Shown here in pieces: positions 8,105 through 17,445 of a stretch of 42,033 nt of DNA; within the stretch, counting starts at the first letter, position 1, and each line of letters starts with the position of its first letter. The notes below the pieces were generated by a model that was not told where the DNA came from, did no database searches, and saw only the letters and a program-made list of their open reading frames with translations. Source of the DNA: Thermoplasmata archaeon (GTDB lineage: Archaea; Thermoplasmatota; Thermoplasmata; Lutacidiplasmatales; UBA184). Where the stretch lies: positions 1 to 42,033 of the forward strand of contig JASHSA010000100.1 of assembly GCA_030037035.1 (NCBI GenBank), given 5' to 3'. Made by a program: the position numbers and the translations under genes.

Positions 8105-9139
8105 CTAGCCGTGCGCGATCCCGAGGGAGCGGTCGGTCGCCGCGATCGAGGCATCCTTGCTCGGGGCGAGGTCGAACATCGCGCGGATGGCGTCGACGTT
8201 CTCCGGCACGACGATCGACTCCTGGTGGATCGCCTGGAAGAAGTAGAGGTCCCGACCGTCGAGGCGGATCCCCCGTTCCCAGAGGACGTTCTCCATCATG
8301 TCGGCGGAGCGCCGGCCGCCCTCGCCGGCACGGTCGCGGGCGACCTCCATCACCTGCGGCGTCCCTTCGACCCCCTCCCCGGGGGCGAAGACGACGAACC
8401 TCGGCGTGGAGCGGAGCGTGGCGACGACGTCGGCCGCCGTGGCGGGAGGACGGGCGAGGCGCACGTGGTTGACGTGCACGTGCATCAGCGTCGTGGGGAC
8501 GACGACCGCGGTCGTCGCGATCGGAAGGTCGGGGAAGATCGTCCGGACGTCCGGGCCGTGATGCGACGGCATCTCGAGCGTCGGGACGATCCCGTTGATC
8601 GGGCCGCGCTTCGTCTCGGCAGGATCGGCGGCGCGCCGCACCAGCGTGACGTCCCACCGCTCGACCCCCCAGCGAAGGAGGACCGCCGCCGCCCGGGCGA
8701 TCCCGGTCGTGTTGCAGGAGACGACCCGGAGCGAACGCTTCCCGCGCCCCGCGTCGTAGTTGCCGAGAGCGTTGAACGACGCCTCGGCGACGTCCGCCTC
8801 CTCGCCGCCCTGGTAGACGGCCCGCACGTTCGCCGCCTCGTAGAGAGCGCGGTTCTCCCGTCCGACGTCCTCGGGCGTGGCGTCGACCACGACGTCGACC
8901 TTCCCGAGGAGGTCGGCGAGGCGTCCGGCGACGGGGAGGCCGGCCGCGGCGAACTTCTCCGGCGAGCCGCTCCCGGCGACGTACAGCGGGTAGCCTCGCG
9001 CGACCGCCCGGCGGGCCTCGTACCCCGGGCGGGTCTTCGCGACGCCGACGAGCTCGAGGTCGGACTGGCGCGCGACCGCGTCCGCGACGCGCTTGCCGAT
9101 CGTCCCGAAGCCGTTGACCGCGACCCGGAGCCTCGCCAA
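8105..9139 (-). CDS. gap: Type II (archaeal) glyceraldehyde-3-phosphate dehydrogenase
   Basis: N-terminus VAVNGFGTIGKRVADAV and catalytic VSCNTTG, with the archaeal-type layout. The start codon is TTG at 9139, read directly as CAA on the plus strand. Confidence 0.93.
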   Translation of the reverse strand: MARLRVAVNGFGTIGKRVADAVARQSDLELVGVAKTRPGYEARRAVARGYPLYVAGSGSPEKFAAAGLPVAGRLADLLGKVDVVVDATPEDVGRENRALYEAANVRAVYQGGEEADVAEASFNALGNYDAGRGKRSLRVVSCNTTGIARAAAVLLRWGVERWDVTLVRRAADPAETKRGPINGIVPTLEMPSHHGPDVRTIFPDLPIATTAVVVPTTLMHVHVNHVRLARPPATAADVVATLRSTPRFVVFAPGEGVEGTPQVMEVARDRAGEGGRRSADMMENVLWERGIRLDGRDLYFFQAIHQESIVVPENVDAIRAMFDLAPSKDASIAATDRSLGIAHG

Positions 9140-9248
9140 CCCCGTCCTCCGTGCTTGCGACCGGTCCCGGACTAATGAGGTGCGCGCCCCCGAGGCGCTT
9201 GCGCGAGGGGGAGGCTAAATCCTCGGCGCCCCGTTCGCCGCCGGCCCG

Positions 9249-10439
9249 ATGGAGTTCCGTCTCTCGGACGAAGAGCGGGCGTTCCAGGAGGCGGCCCGCC
9301 GCTTCGGCGACCGCGTCCTGCGGACGCACGAGCGCGAGATCGACGCGCAGGGGTCGATCCCGCCGGAGGTCCTCGGCCCGATGGCCGAGCTCGGCCTCCT
9401 CGCGATGATGGTCCCGGAGGAGTACGGGGGGATGGGAGCGAGCGCCGTCCTGACGGAGCTCGCCGCCGAGGAGGTCGGTCGTGGAGACTTCTCGATGGCG
9501 ACGGCCGTCTTCTTCCTCCTCGAGGCCGGCTGGGGCTACGTCCTCTCCCGGCACGGGAGCGAGGAGGCGAAGAAGGAGCTCCTTCCCCCGGTGACCTCCG
9601 GAAAGGCGTTCCTCGGGATCGCGACCACGGAGCCGGGCGGAGGGAGCGACCTCGCGGCGATGCGTACCCGGGTGCACCGCGACGGGGAGCGGTTCGTCCT
9701 GACCGGCGAGAAGTCGTTCGTCTCGGGCGTCGAGGAGGCGCGCCGCCTCGGCGGAGGGCACCTCACGCTCGCGAAGGTCGAGAGCGGCGGGTTCGACTTC
9801 CTGTACGTCCCGACCCGCTCGAACGGGATCTCGACCCAGAAGTTCGAGAACATGGGCCGCATGGGGATCTCCACCGGGGGCCTCACCTACCACGACGTCG
9901 CGCTGCCGCCGCGCTATCTCGTCGGTCCCGAGGGGAAGGGGTTCGAGGTCGCGATGGAGGGGTTCAGCGTCGCGCGGACGTTCGTGAGCGCGGCGTGCGT
10001 GGGCGCCGCCGAGCGCGCCCTCGAGGCCGGCACGGCCTACGTCCGCGAGCGTCGGGCGTTCGGCCAGCCGCTCGGCAAGTTCGAGGCGATCCAGTTCGAG
10101 CTGGTCGACCTCTACACGCAGGTCGAGGCCGTCAAGTGGCAGTGCCGCCGCGCCGCATGGTTGCTGGACGAGTACACGCTGAAGGGGGACCGCTCCCACC
10201 GCTCGGAGGTCGACCTCGCCGTGGCGTCGGTCAAGCTTACCGCGCCGCAGGTCGCCTTCGAGTGCGTCAAGCGGGTGATGATGTGGTACGGCGCCGCCGG
10301 CTACACCAAGGACGCGGGGCTCGAGCTCGGCCTGCGAGGGATCATGAGCTACCTGGTCGGGGCCGAGGGCGGCCTGAACATCATGCGGATCATCCTCGGC
10401 CGGGAGCTCCTCGGCAAGGAGTTCGTCCCCTACAAGTGA
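9249..10439 (+). CDS. Acyl-CoA dehydrogenase
   Basis: 396 aa with ...VPEEYGGMG..., ATTEPGGGSDLAAMRT and a C-terminal helical domain ending GAEGGLNIMRIILGREL. Confidence 0.9.
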   Translation: MEFRLSDEERAFQEAARRFGDRVLRTHEREIDAQGSIPPEVLGPMAELGLLAMMVPEEYGGMGASAVLTELAAEEVGRGDFSMATAVFFLLEAGWGYVLSRHGSEEAKKELLPPVTSGKAFLGIATTEPGGGSDLAAMRTRVHRDGERFVLTGEKSFVSGVEEARRLGGGHLTLAKVESGGFDFLYVPTRSNGISTQKFENMGRMGISTGGLTYHDVALPPRYLVGPEGKGFEVAMEGFSVARTFVSAACVGAAERALEAGTAYVRERRAFGQPLGKFEAIQFELVDLYTQVEAVKWQCRRAAWLLDEYTLKGDRSHRSEVDLAVASVKLTAPQVAFECVKRVMMWYGAAGYTKDAGLELGLRGIMSYLVGAEGGLNIMRIILGRELLGKEFVPYK

Positions 10440-10840
10440 CGGCGGCGCGCGGACGCGCGCGCAGGCCTAAGGCCGGCGGTCGAGCGGACGGGCGGCTCGC
10501 CCGGGCGCTCCCCCGGCGCCGCGAAGGCACCGGCCCGCTCGGTGACGGGGCGGTGGCGGTTCCCTTGCCGCGGGCCGCGGCGCCGAGCGGCTCGAAAACC
10601 GGGCGACGGCAATCCCCTACGGCCGGTCGGGGGCCCCGCGGTCGGGGCGACGGGGCGTACCTTCGCGGCGAGAGCGCCCTCTTCGACCGGCCCAGGACGA
10701 GGTGGCGAGCGTGCGGTCCTCCGCGAGCGGCTCGCAGCGGCGGACCATGCGCTCGACGCGCTCCGTGCCGGGGTGTCGCAGGGCGCACGGCACGTTCAAG
10801 TAATCCCGGCCGGCTCCCGGCCCCGGTGTTGAGGCAGCCG

Positions 10841-12103
10841 ATGCCGCAGACAAGTTCCACCGTGAACCCGTTCGAGACCGCGAAGCGTCAGGTCGACATC
10901 GTCGCCGACATGATCGGGCTGAACGGCGGCGTCCGCGAGGTGCTCAAGCACCCCAAGCGGGAGCTGACCGTGAATTTCCCCGTCCGGATGGACGACGGGA
11001 CCTACCGGGTCTTCACCGGGCACCGGGTCCAGTACAACATGGCCCGAGGGCCGTGCAAGGGCGGGATCCGCTACCATCCGCAGGTGACGCTGGACGAGGT
11101 CCGGGCGCTCGCGGCGTGGATGACGTGGAAGTGCGCGGTCGTCAACATCCCGTATGGCGGCGCGAAGGGCGGCGTGGTCTGCGATCCGAAGAAGATGAGC
11201 AAGGGGGAGCTCGAGCACCTCACCCGCCGCTACGCGAGCGAGATCGCGTCGTTCATCGGGCCGGAGATCGACATCCCGGCGCCGGACGTCTACACCGACA
11301 GCCAGACGATGAGCTGGATCATGGACACCTACTCGATGCAGAAGGGCTACTCCGTTCCCGGCGTCGTCACGGGTAAGCCGATCGCCCTCGGCGGCAGCGA
11401 AGGCCGGGGCGAGGCGACCGGGCGCGGCTGCGCCTACGTCATTCGGGAGGCCTCCAAGGACGCCGGCGTCCGGGTCAAGAACGGCACCGTCGCCGTCCAG
11501 GGGTTCGGCAACGCGGGCAGCGTCGCCGCGAACCTCCTCCACGACGAGCAGGGGGCGACGATCGTCGCCGTCTCGGACTCGAGGGGAGGGATCTACAAGG
11601 CCGACGGGCTGAACCCGCACGCGGTCGAGGAGCACAAGCGCAAGACCGGCTCGGTCGTCGGCTTTCCCGGGGCGAAGGCGATCTCCAACGAGGAGGTCCT
11701 CGAGACGAAGGCCGACATCCTCGTCCCGGCGGCGCTCGAGAACCAGATCACCGGCAAGAACGCCGACAAGGTCCAGGCGAAGATGGTCGCCGAGGCCGCC
11801 AACGGCCCGACGCTGCCCGAGGCCGACACGGTGCTGTTCCAGAAGAAGGTCACCGTGCTGCCGGACATCCTCGCCAACGCCGGCGGCGTCACGGTGAGCT
11901 ACTTCGAGTGGGCGCAGGACATCCAGGGGTTCTTCTGGCCCCTCGAAGAGGTCAACCAGCGCCTCGAGCGCGTCATGGTCCGCTCCTACGCGGACGTCCA
12001 CAAGGTCGCGGCGGAGCGGAAGGTCCACAACCGGACGGCCGCCTACATCCTCGCCATCCAGCGGGTCGTCGACGCGATCAACACGCGCGGCTTCCACCCG
12101 TAG
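10841..12103 (+). CDS. gdhA: Glutamate dehydrogenase
   Basis: CKGGIRYHP, NIPYGGAKGG and the NAD(P) Rossmann segment VAVQGFGNAGS. The start is ATG 10841 (MPQTSSTVNPFE), with GAGG 7 nt upstream. The track ORF from 9995 is an in-frame non-coding-looking extension. Confidence 0.93.
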   Translation: MPQTSSTVNPFETAKRQVDIVADMIGLNGGVREVLKHPKRELTVNFPVRMDDGTYRVFTGHRVQYNMARGPCKGGIRYHPQVTLDEVRALAAWMTWKCAVVNIPYGGAKGGVVCDPKKMSKGELEHLTRRYASEIASFIGPEIDIPAPDVYTDSQTMSWIMDTYSMQKGYSVPGVVTGKPIALGGSEGRGEATGRGCAYVIREASKDAGVRVKNGTVAVQGFGNAGSVAANLLHDEQGATIVAVSDSRGGIYKADGLNPHAVEEHKRKTGSVVGFPGAKAISNEEVLETKADILVPAALENQITGKNADKVQAKMVAEAANGPTLPEADTVLFQKKVTVLPDILANAGGVTVSYFEWAQDIQGFFWPLEEVNQRLERVMVRSYADVHKVAAERKVHNRTAAYILAIQRVVDAINTRGFHP

Positions 12104-12120
12104 GCCGCGACCGACCCCGG

Positions 12121-12738
12121 ATGGCGGAGCTTCCGAGGTGCCGTCGCGCGACCTGGAACGAGGTCGAGGGCTGGGCCGACACCGTCGCGGCGAAGATCCG
12201 GGCCGGCCCCCGGCGGCCGGAGACGATCGTCGCCCTGACGCGCGGCGGCTGGGTCCCGGCCCGGCTCCTCGGCGACCGCCTCGGGGTCAGCCGCCTGCTC
12301 GCGCTGCGCGTGCAGCACTGGGGCGTGACGGCGAGCCGGGACGGGGAGGCACGGCTCACCGAGGGCCTCTCGGGCCCGGTCGCGGGCGCGCACGTCCTGG
12401 TCGTCGACGACATCACCGACACCGGCGAGAGCCTGCAGCTCGCGCGCGATCACGTGAGCGGCGCCGGACCGGCGTCGGTCGAGACCGCCGCGTTCGTGCA
12501 CATCGCCCACTCGAAGTTCCTGCCGACGTACTTCGCGGAGGAGATCCCGCGCGATGCGTGGGTCTGGGTCGTCTTTCCGTGGAACTACTGGGAGGACCTC
12601 GCCCAGCTCGCCGAGCGCGCGGCCGCCGAGGGGCCGACCCTCGCGGCGATCCGCGCGACGCTGCGGAGCCGCTGCGGCCTGGACGTCCCGCTGCGGGACC
12701 TGCGCTCGGTCCGGCCGACGGCCCCTAGCCGCTCGTGA
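12121..12738 (+). CDS. Phosphoribosyltransferase (archaeal purine PRT-like, COG2236 type)
   Basis: PRPP-binding motif HVLVVDDITDTGESL, and N-terminal IVALTRGGWVPARLLGDRLG. The start is ATG 12121. Confidence 0.8.
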   Translation: MAELPRCRRATWNEVEGWADTVAAKIRAGPRRPETIVALTRGGWVPARLLGDRLGVSRLLALRVQHWGVTASRDGEARLTEGLSGPVAGAHVLVVDDITDTGESLQLARDHVSGAGPASVETAAFVHIAHSKFLPTYFAEEIPRDAWVWVVFPWNYWEDLAQLAERAAAEGPTLAAIRATLRSRCGLDVPLRDLRSVRPTAPSRS

Positions 12739-13813
12739 TCGGCGGGGCGCTGGCCCGCGAGACGGTCCGGAAGTGCTGGTGGATCATCCCCGCCCCGATC
12801 ACGAGCCCGAGACCCGTGACGATGAGGCCGGCGAGCAGGGGGACCTGGGCGACCGGCGAAAGACCCTCGAGATAGCGCACGAGATAGACGATCCCGTAGC
12901 TGACGAGGCCGATCCCGATGACGCTCGTCGTCGCGACGACGTAGGAGCGCGGGAACCTCCCCCGGGCGAACATCCGGCGCAACGCGCGACCGGTCTCCCA
13001 GACGAGCACGCCGAGGATCCACCATAGGAGCCCGGACTGCAGGAACAGGAGGACCCGGACGAACGGGGCGACGGACGCGCCGGCGGCGTAGTGGTTGTAG
13101 CCGGTGAGGAACCCCACCCCGACGAGCGCGAGGGCGAACAGCCCGAACCCGAACGCGACCGACCCCTGCCGGGTGTCCGCCGAGGCGGTCCGCACGGCGT
13201 CGATGAGCGCCTCGTCGATGTCGAACGTCCAGAAGATCAGGTAGACCCCGAGGACGATCGCGAGCCCGATCACCCCCCAGAGGAAGACGCCGCCGGCCGC
13301 GGCGAAGCCGAGGATCAGCAGGACGAACGCGAACGGCAGGACCGTCTTCGCGCGAAGCTTCGGGTCCTTGAGCGCCCGCACGAGGGTGTAGTACGTCGAT
13401 TCGAGGCTCGGGCTCTGGCGGACGTAGACGCGGCGGACCCCGTCGATGCGCACCCGGGAGGAGAGGATCGGGAACAGGTACTCGTCCTCGGCGCCGTCGC
13501 TTACGAGGTAGGCGGAGCTCGCCTGGACGCGCTCCAGGACCCGGTCGAACTGGTCGGCGACGCGGCGGTCGGAGGCAATCCCGACCTTCGCCGAGCCGGT
13601 GAGCACGCAGACCTCGCAAGGTTCGCCGGAGCCGCGCAGCTCGTCCAGCAGCGCGACCGCAGCGAAGATCGCGTTCGTGTCGGAGTCCTCGGGGTCGGCG
13701 ACCCCGAGGCGGTTCGCGGCGTCGAGGACCTCGGCGCGCCCGACGATCGGGCCGTCGAGCTGCGCCTTCCGGCCCAGGTCGTCGTCGCGGTCGTCGCAGA
13801 CGACCAGGCGCAT
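12725..13813 (-). CDS. DUF373 family archaeal integral membrane protein
   Basis: N-terminal soluble domain MRLVVCDDRDDDLGRKAQL..., followed by about 6 hydrophobic helices. I recognise this layout as DUF373. It overlaps the convergent PRT gene by 14 nt. Confidence 0.7.
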   Translation of the reverse strand: MRLVVCDDRDDDLGRKAQLDGPIVGRAEVLDAANRLGVADPEDSDTNAIFAAVALLDELRGSGEPCEVCVLTGSAKVGIASDRRVADQFDRVLERVQASSAYLVSDGAEDEYLFPILSSRVRIDGVRRVYVRQSPSLESTYYTLVRALKDPKLRAKTVLPFAFVLLILGFAAAGGVFLWGVIGLAIVLGVYLIFWTFDIDEALIDAVRTASADTRQGSVAFGFGLFALALVGVGFLTGYNHYAAGASVAPFVRVLLFLQSGLLWWILGVLVWETGRALRRMFARGRFPRSYVVATTSVIGIGLVSYGIVYLVRYLEGLSPVAQVPLLAGLIVTGLGLVIGAGMIHQHFRTVSRASAPPITSG

Positions 13814-13930
13814 GGCCCAGGGACTAGAGCCGCCCCGCGCCTTAATGACAAGGGTTCCTCCGGGCCCCCGTTCGGGGCCGACCGCGCGCCGCGGGGCGCC
13901 GTCCCGGGGGGAGCGGCCGCCGCCGCAACG

Positions 13931-13937
13931 ATATACT
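13931..13937 (+). promoter_or_regulatory. TATA-like box ATATACT upstream of proS
   Basis: An isolated AT-rich heptamer 26-32 nt upstream of ATG 13963. The divergent DUF373 gene has its own box (TGTCATTAAG on the minus strand, 13841-13850). Confidence 0.45.
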
Positions 13938-13962
13938 CCCCGGCGAACGTCCGCCCCGCCCC

Positions 13963-15390
13963 ATGGCGGAGCTGCCGGACAAGAAGACGGCGTTCATCGA
14001 CTGGTACCTCGCCGTCGTCGAGGAGGCGGACCTCTCCGACAAGCGCTACGGCGTGAAGGGGATGAACGTCTGGACCCGCTACGGCTTCCGCGCACGCCGG
14101 AACCTCGACCACGTGATGGTCCGCGAGATCGAGGCGACCGGCTCGGAGGCGGTCGAGTTCCCGGCGCTGATCCCGGCGACGGAGTTCGCGAAGGAGAAGG
14201 AGCACATCAAGGGCTTCGACGCGCAGGTCTTCTGGGTGACCCGCGGAGGGCTGACCGACCTCGACGTGCCGCTGGTCCTCCGACCGACCAGCGAGACGGC
14301 GATCTACCCGATCTTCGCGCTCTGGGTACGCTCCCACCGCGACCTGCCGTTGAACGTCTACCAGATCGTCAACACGTTCCGCTACGAGACGAAGACGACC
14401 CGGCCGTTCGTGCGCGTGCGGGAGATCCACTTCTTCGAGGAGCACACCTGCCAGGTCGACGAGGAGACCGCGACGGCGCGCGTACGCTCCAACCTGGCCG
14501 CGTTCCGCCGCATGGCGCGCTCGTTCGCCTTGCCGTACCTCTCCGTCCGCCGCCCCGAGTGGGACAAGTTCGCGGGGGCCCACTACACGATCGCCTTCGA
14601 CCTCCCGCTCGCCGGCGCTCGGACCCTTCAGCTGGGAAGCGTGCACCACTACCGCGACAACTTCTCGCGTCCGTACGGGATCCGCTACGAGGCCGCGGAC
14701 GGCGAGGAGCGCTACGTCCACCAGACGACGTTCGGCCTCTCCGAGCGCCTCCTCGGGGCGATCGTCGGAGCGCACGGGGACGCCCGCGGGGCGGTGTTCC
14801 CCAGCGAGGTCGCCCCGTTCGAGGTCGTCATCGTCCCGATCCTCTCCGCCGCGTCCGGGGAGGCGGTCGCCCGGGCCGCCCGCGAGATCGCGGACGAGCT
14901 CCGCCAGGCCGGTCGGCGGGTCCGCCTCGACGACGGCGACGATCGACCCGGGGCGAAGTTCTACCGGTGGGAGCTTGCCGGGGTGCCGCTGCGTCTCGAG
15001 GTCGGGGCTCGGGAGCTCGAGCGCGGAGAGCTGACGGGCGTCGACCGGCTCGGTCGCAAGCTCCCGCTCGCCCGCGTCCGTCTCGCGGAAGCGGTCGCCG
15101 GGGCGCTCACCGCCTTCGACCTTGAGCTCGGTCGCCGCGCCGACGCGGCGTTCCGGGAGGCGGTCGCCCCGGCGACCCAGCTCTCCGAGCTCGCCGGCTC
15201 CGAGCGGGTCCGCCTCCTGGGGTGGTGCGGCGAGGAAGCGTGCGGTCATGCGATCGAGCGCGCAATCGACGGGGCGCTGCTCGGCACGCCGGAGGAGCCG
15301 CTCCCGTTCGCGTTCCCGGAGCCTAAGGCGTGCATCGCGTGCGGTCGCACGGACGGCGTGAGGGTCGCTCTCGCGGCGCAACCGATGTGA
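13963..15390 (+). CDS. proS: Proline--tRNA ligase (archaeal/eukaryotic type)
   Basis: 475 aa with the N-terminus FIDWYLAVVEEADL, class II motifs LRPTSET and FRYETKTTRPFVRVREIHFFEEH, and a C-terminal Zn-binding-like CIACG. Confidence 0.93.
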   Translation: MAELPDKKTAFIDWYLAVVEEADLSDKRYGVKGMNVWTRYGFRARRNLDHVMVREIEATGSEAVEFPALIPATEFAKEKEHIKGFDAQVFWVTRGGLTDLDVPLVLRPTSETAIYPIFALWVRSHRDLPLNVYQIVNTFRYETKTTRPFVRVREIHFFEEHTCQVDEETATARVRSNLAAFRRMARSFALPYLSVRRPEWDKFAGAHYTIAFDLPLAGARTLQLGSVHHYRDNFSRPYGIRYEAADGEERYVHQTTFGLSERLLGAIVGAHGDARGAVFPSEVAPFEVVIVPILSAASGEAVARAAREIADELRQAGRRVRLDDGDDRPGAKFYRWELAGVPLRLEVGARELERGELTGVDRLGRKLPLARVRLAEAVAGALTAFDLELGRRADAAFREAVAPATQLSELAGSERVRLLGWCGEEACGHAIERAIDGALLGTPEEPLPFAFPEPKACIACGRTDGVRVALAAQPM

Positions 15391-15421
15391 GCCGGCGCCT
15401 CCGCGGGCCCCGCCCGGAGGA

Positions 15422-15682
15422 CTAGGGGGGAGGGGCCGTCGACGGCGGGTTCGGCAGGACCAGCCACATGCCGGCGAGGCCGAACAGCAAGAGGGTGATC
15501 GTCACGGCGTAGACGCCGTTGTCGATCCAGACGTCGAACGACAGGCCCCACCACAGGTAGAACGCCACGGCGAGGACCACCAGGGTGGCGAACCCCCAGA
15601 ACGCGACGCGGCGGGAGAGGGGAAGGCCGCGCGACGCCCCGGGCCCTTCGGCCCCCTCGGCTTCGGGGAGGTCTGCCGACAT
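15422..15682 (-). CDS. Hypothetical small membrane protein (2 predicted TM helices)
   Basis: 86 aa with two hydrophobic stretches (VAFWGFATLVVLAVAFYLWW and AVTITLLLFGLAGMWLVL) and strong third-position G/C. A TATA-like GGTTATCTC lies ~28 nt upstream. No family was recognised. Confidence 0.55.
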   Translation of the reverse strand: MSADLPEAEGAEGPGASRGLPLSRRVAFWGFATLVVLAVAFYLWWGLSFDVWIDNGVYAVTITLLLFGLAGMWLVLPNPPSTAPPP

Positions 15683-15815
15683 GGGTCCTGCGCGAGCCGG
15701 GGTGCGCGAGATAACCCTTGCGGGGGACGGCCGGTGCCGGCCTCCCCGGCGGCGCGACCGCGCCAGCGCGGGGACGCGTTCCGCGAGGGCTTAATCCCTC
15801 GGCACGGCTAGAACC

Positions 15816-17423
15816 GTGGGGATGGTGGCCGACGCGAGCGCCAGCTCGCCGTTGCCGGAGGGCCCCCGCACCACGCTTTCCGGCCTCGAGCCGGCGCTCC
15901 TGCGCGCGCTCGCCTACGCCAGCGCGATCGGCTCGGAGTTCCGCTTTGACCTGCTCCGCGCGGCGATGGGGGTGGAAGAGGAGCCGCTCGCCGAGAGCCT
16001 CGAGAAGCTGGTCGACGCGGGGATCGTGCGGGAGCGCGCCGGAGGGGGCCGGTTCGTCTTCGTCCGGGAGGAGGACCGCGCGGTCGTCTACCGCTCGATG
16101 ACCGCGAGCCGCCTGCGGATCCTGCACCGGAAGATCGCCGAGGCGCTCGACCGGGGGGACGCCGAACCGTCCCCGGCGGACGTCGCGGAGCTCGGACGGC
16201 ACTATTTCCTCGGGAAGGTGCCGGCGAAGTCGTACGTCTACAACCGACGGGCCGCGGACATCGCCGCGTCGGCCGGCGAGCCGCTCGCGGCGATCCACGC
16301 CCTCGAGCGGGCGCTCGTCGACCTCGGCGCGCTGGGCGAAGAACGGGCCGCGGAGCGGGCCGAGATCGCCGAGCGGCTCGGGGACCTCTCCTGCTCGGTC
16401 GGCTCGTTCGCGGCGGCCGACCGCTACTACCGCGAGGCGCTCGAGCGGGTCGAGCGCGAACGGCCGCGCACCCGGGCCCGCCTCCTCCTCGCCCGCGCCG
16501 AGGTCGCCCGGGAGGCCCTCGACGCCGACGCCGCGGCCCGCGGAGCGCGGGAGGCGCTGCGCCTGTTCGAGGTCGAGGCCGACCCGTACGGGGAGGCGCA
16601 GGCGTTCCGGCTCCTGGGCCGCGTCGCCTTCCAGCAGGGACGCTACCGGGACGCGCTCGACGAGACGATGCGGGCGCTCGAGGCGCTCCCGCCCCGGGCC
16701 GACCCGAACGTCCTGGGCCAGCTGTCGACCGACCTCGGCAACGCGTTCACCCTCCTGGGCGACGACGTTCGCCCGGTCGCGATCGAGTGGTACCAGCGGG
16801 CGGTCGATCGGCTTCGGGGGGCGCGCAACTGGCCGGAGCTCGCCCGGGCGCTCCACCACCTCGGGACGGCGGTCGGCGAGGCGCGGCCGGACGAGGGGCT
16901 CGAGCTCCTCGAGCGCGCCCGCGAGGCCGCGACCCAGGCCCACGACTCCCGCGCCGTCGGGAGGGCGCTCCTCTCGGGGGTCGAGCTGCGTATCGCGCTC
17001 GGTCAGCTGGACGAGGCGGAGCGGGACAACGACCAGGCCGGCCGTCTCCTCGAAGGGCTCGACGACGCTGCGGGCGCCGAGCAGGTCACCCTCAACCGCG
17101 GGAGGATCGCCGAGAAGCGCGGTCGCTGGGACGATGCGGCCCAGGCGTACGGCTCGACCGCCGACCTCGCCCGTCGCCTCGGGCTCCACGCCGACGAGGC
17201 GGACGCCCAGTTCTATCTCGCCCGGTTGAGGTTCAAGACCCGCGACGTCGAGGGAGCGCGCGCGGCGTTCGAGCGGGCCACCGAGCTCAAGGTGACGGAA
17301 CTTTCGCCACGGCTCGAGCGGGCGTACGCCGAGCTCAAGCACCAGCTGGCGGCCCACGACGACGTCGCCCTCCCTGCTCGACGGGACGACGCGCGGAGCC
17401 GGGCCGACGGCCCGGTCGGCTGA
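15816..17423 (+). CDS. TPR-repeat protein, NTPase-less paralogue of the downstream STAND ATPase
   Basis: 535 aa. The N-terminal ~150 aa align by eye to the post-NTPase winged-helix segment of the next gene (ILHRKIAEAL vs ILHRKVAKAL; LGRHYFLGK vs LARHFYLGR). The rest is TPR-like helical repeats. No P-loop is present. The start is GTG 15816 or ATG 15822, and a TATA-like GCTTAATCC lies at 15789-15797. Confidence 0.75.
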   Translation: MGMVADASASSPLPEGPRTTLSGLEPALLRALAYASAIGSEFRFDLLRAAMGVEEEPLAESLEKLVDAGIVRERAGGGRFVFVREEDRAVVYRSMTASRLRILHRKIAEALDRGDAEPSPADVAELGRHYFLGKVPAKSYVYNRRAADIAASAGEPLAAIHALERALVDLGALGEERAAERAEIAERLGDLSCSVGSFAAADRYYREALERVERERPRTRARLLLARAEVAREALDADAAARGAREALRLFEVEADPYGEAQAFRLLGRVAFQQGRYRDALDETMRALEALPPRADPNVLGQLSTDLGNAFTLLGDDVRPVAIEWYQRAVDRLRGARNWPELARALHHLGTAVGEARPDEGLELLERAREAATQAHDSRAVGRALLSGVELRIALGQLDEAERDNDQAGRLLEGLDDAAGAEQVTLNRGRIAEKRGRWDDAAQAYGSTADLARRLGLHADEADAQFYLARLRFKTRDVEGARAAFERATELKVTELSPRLERAYAELKHQLAAHDDVALPARRDDARSRADGPVG

Positions 17424-17445
17424 GGAAGGAGGGCGTGGGTCCTCG

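Noticed and set aside
7860-10199. 779-aa minus-strand ORF spanning gap and the antisense of the acyl-CoA dehydrogenase gene.
   Set aside because: The translation is low-complexity Arg/Pro/Gly. It crosses a divergent promoter region and overlaps two genes with unmistakable enzyme motifs.
9995-10840. In-frame 5' extension of the gdhA ORF (702 aa in the track).
   Set aside because: The extension overlaps the acyl-CoA dehydrogenase 3' end and then reads as Arg/Gly/Pro-rich sequence. The GDH family N-terminus begins at MPQTSSTVNPFE (ATG 10841), with a GAGG just upstream.
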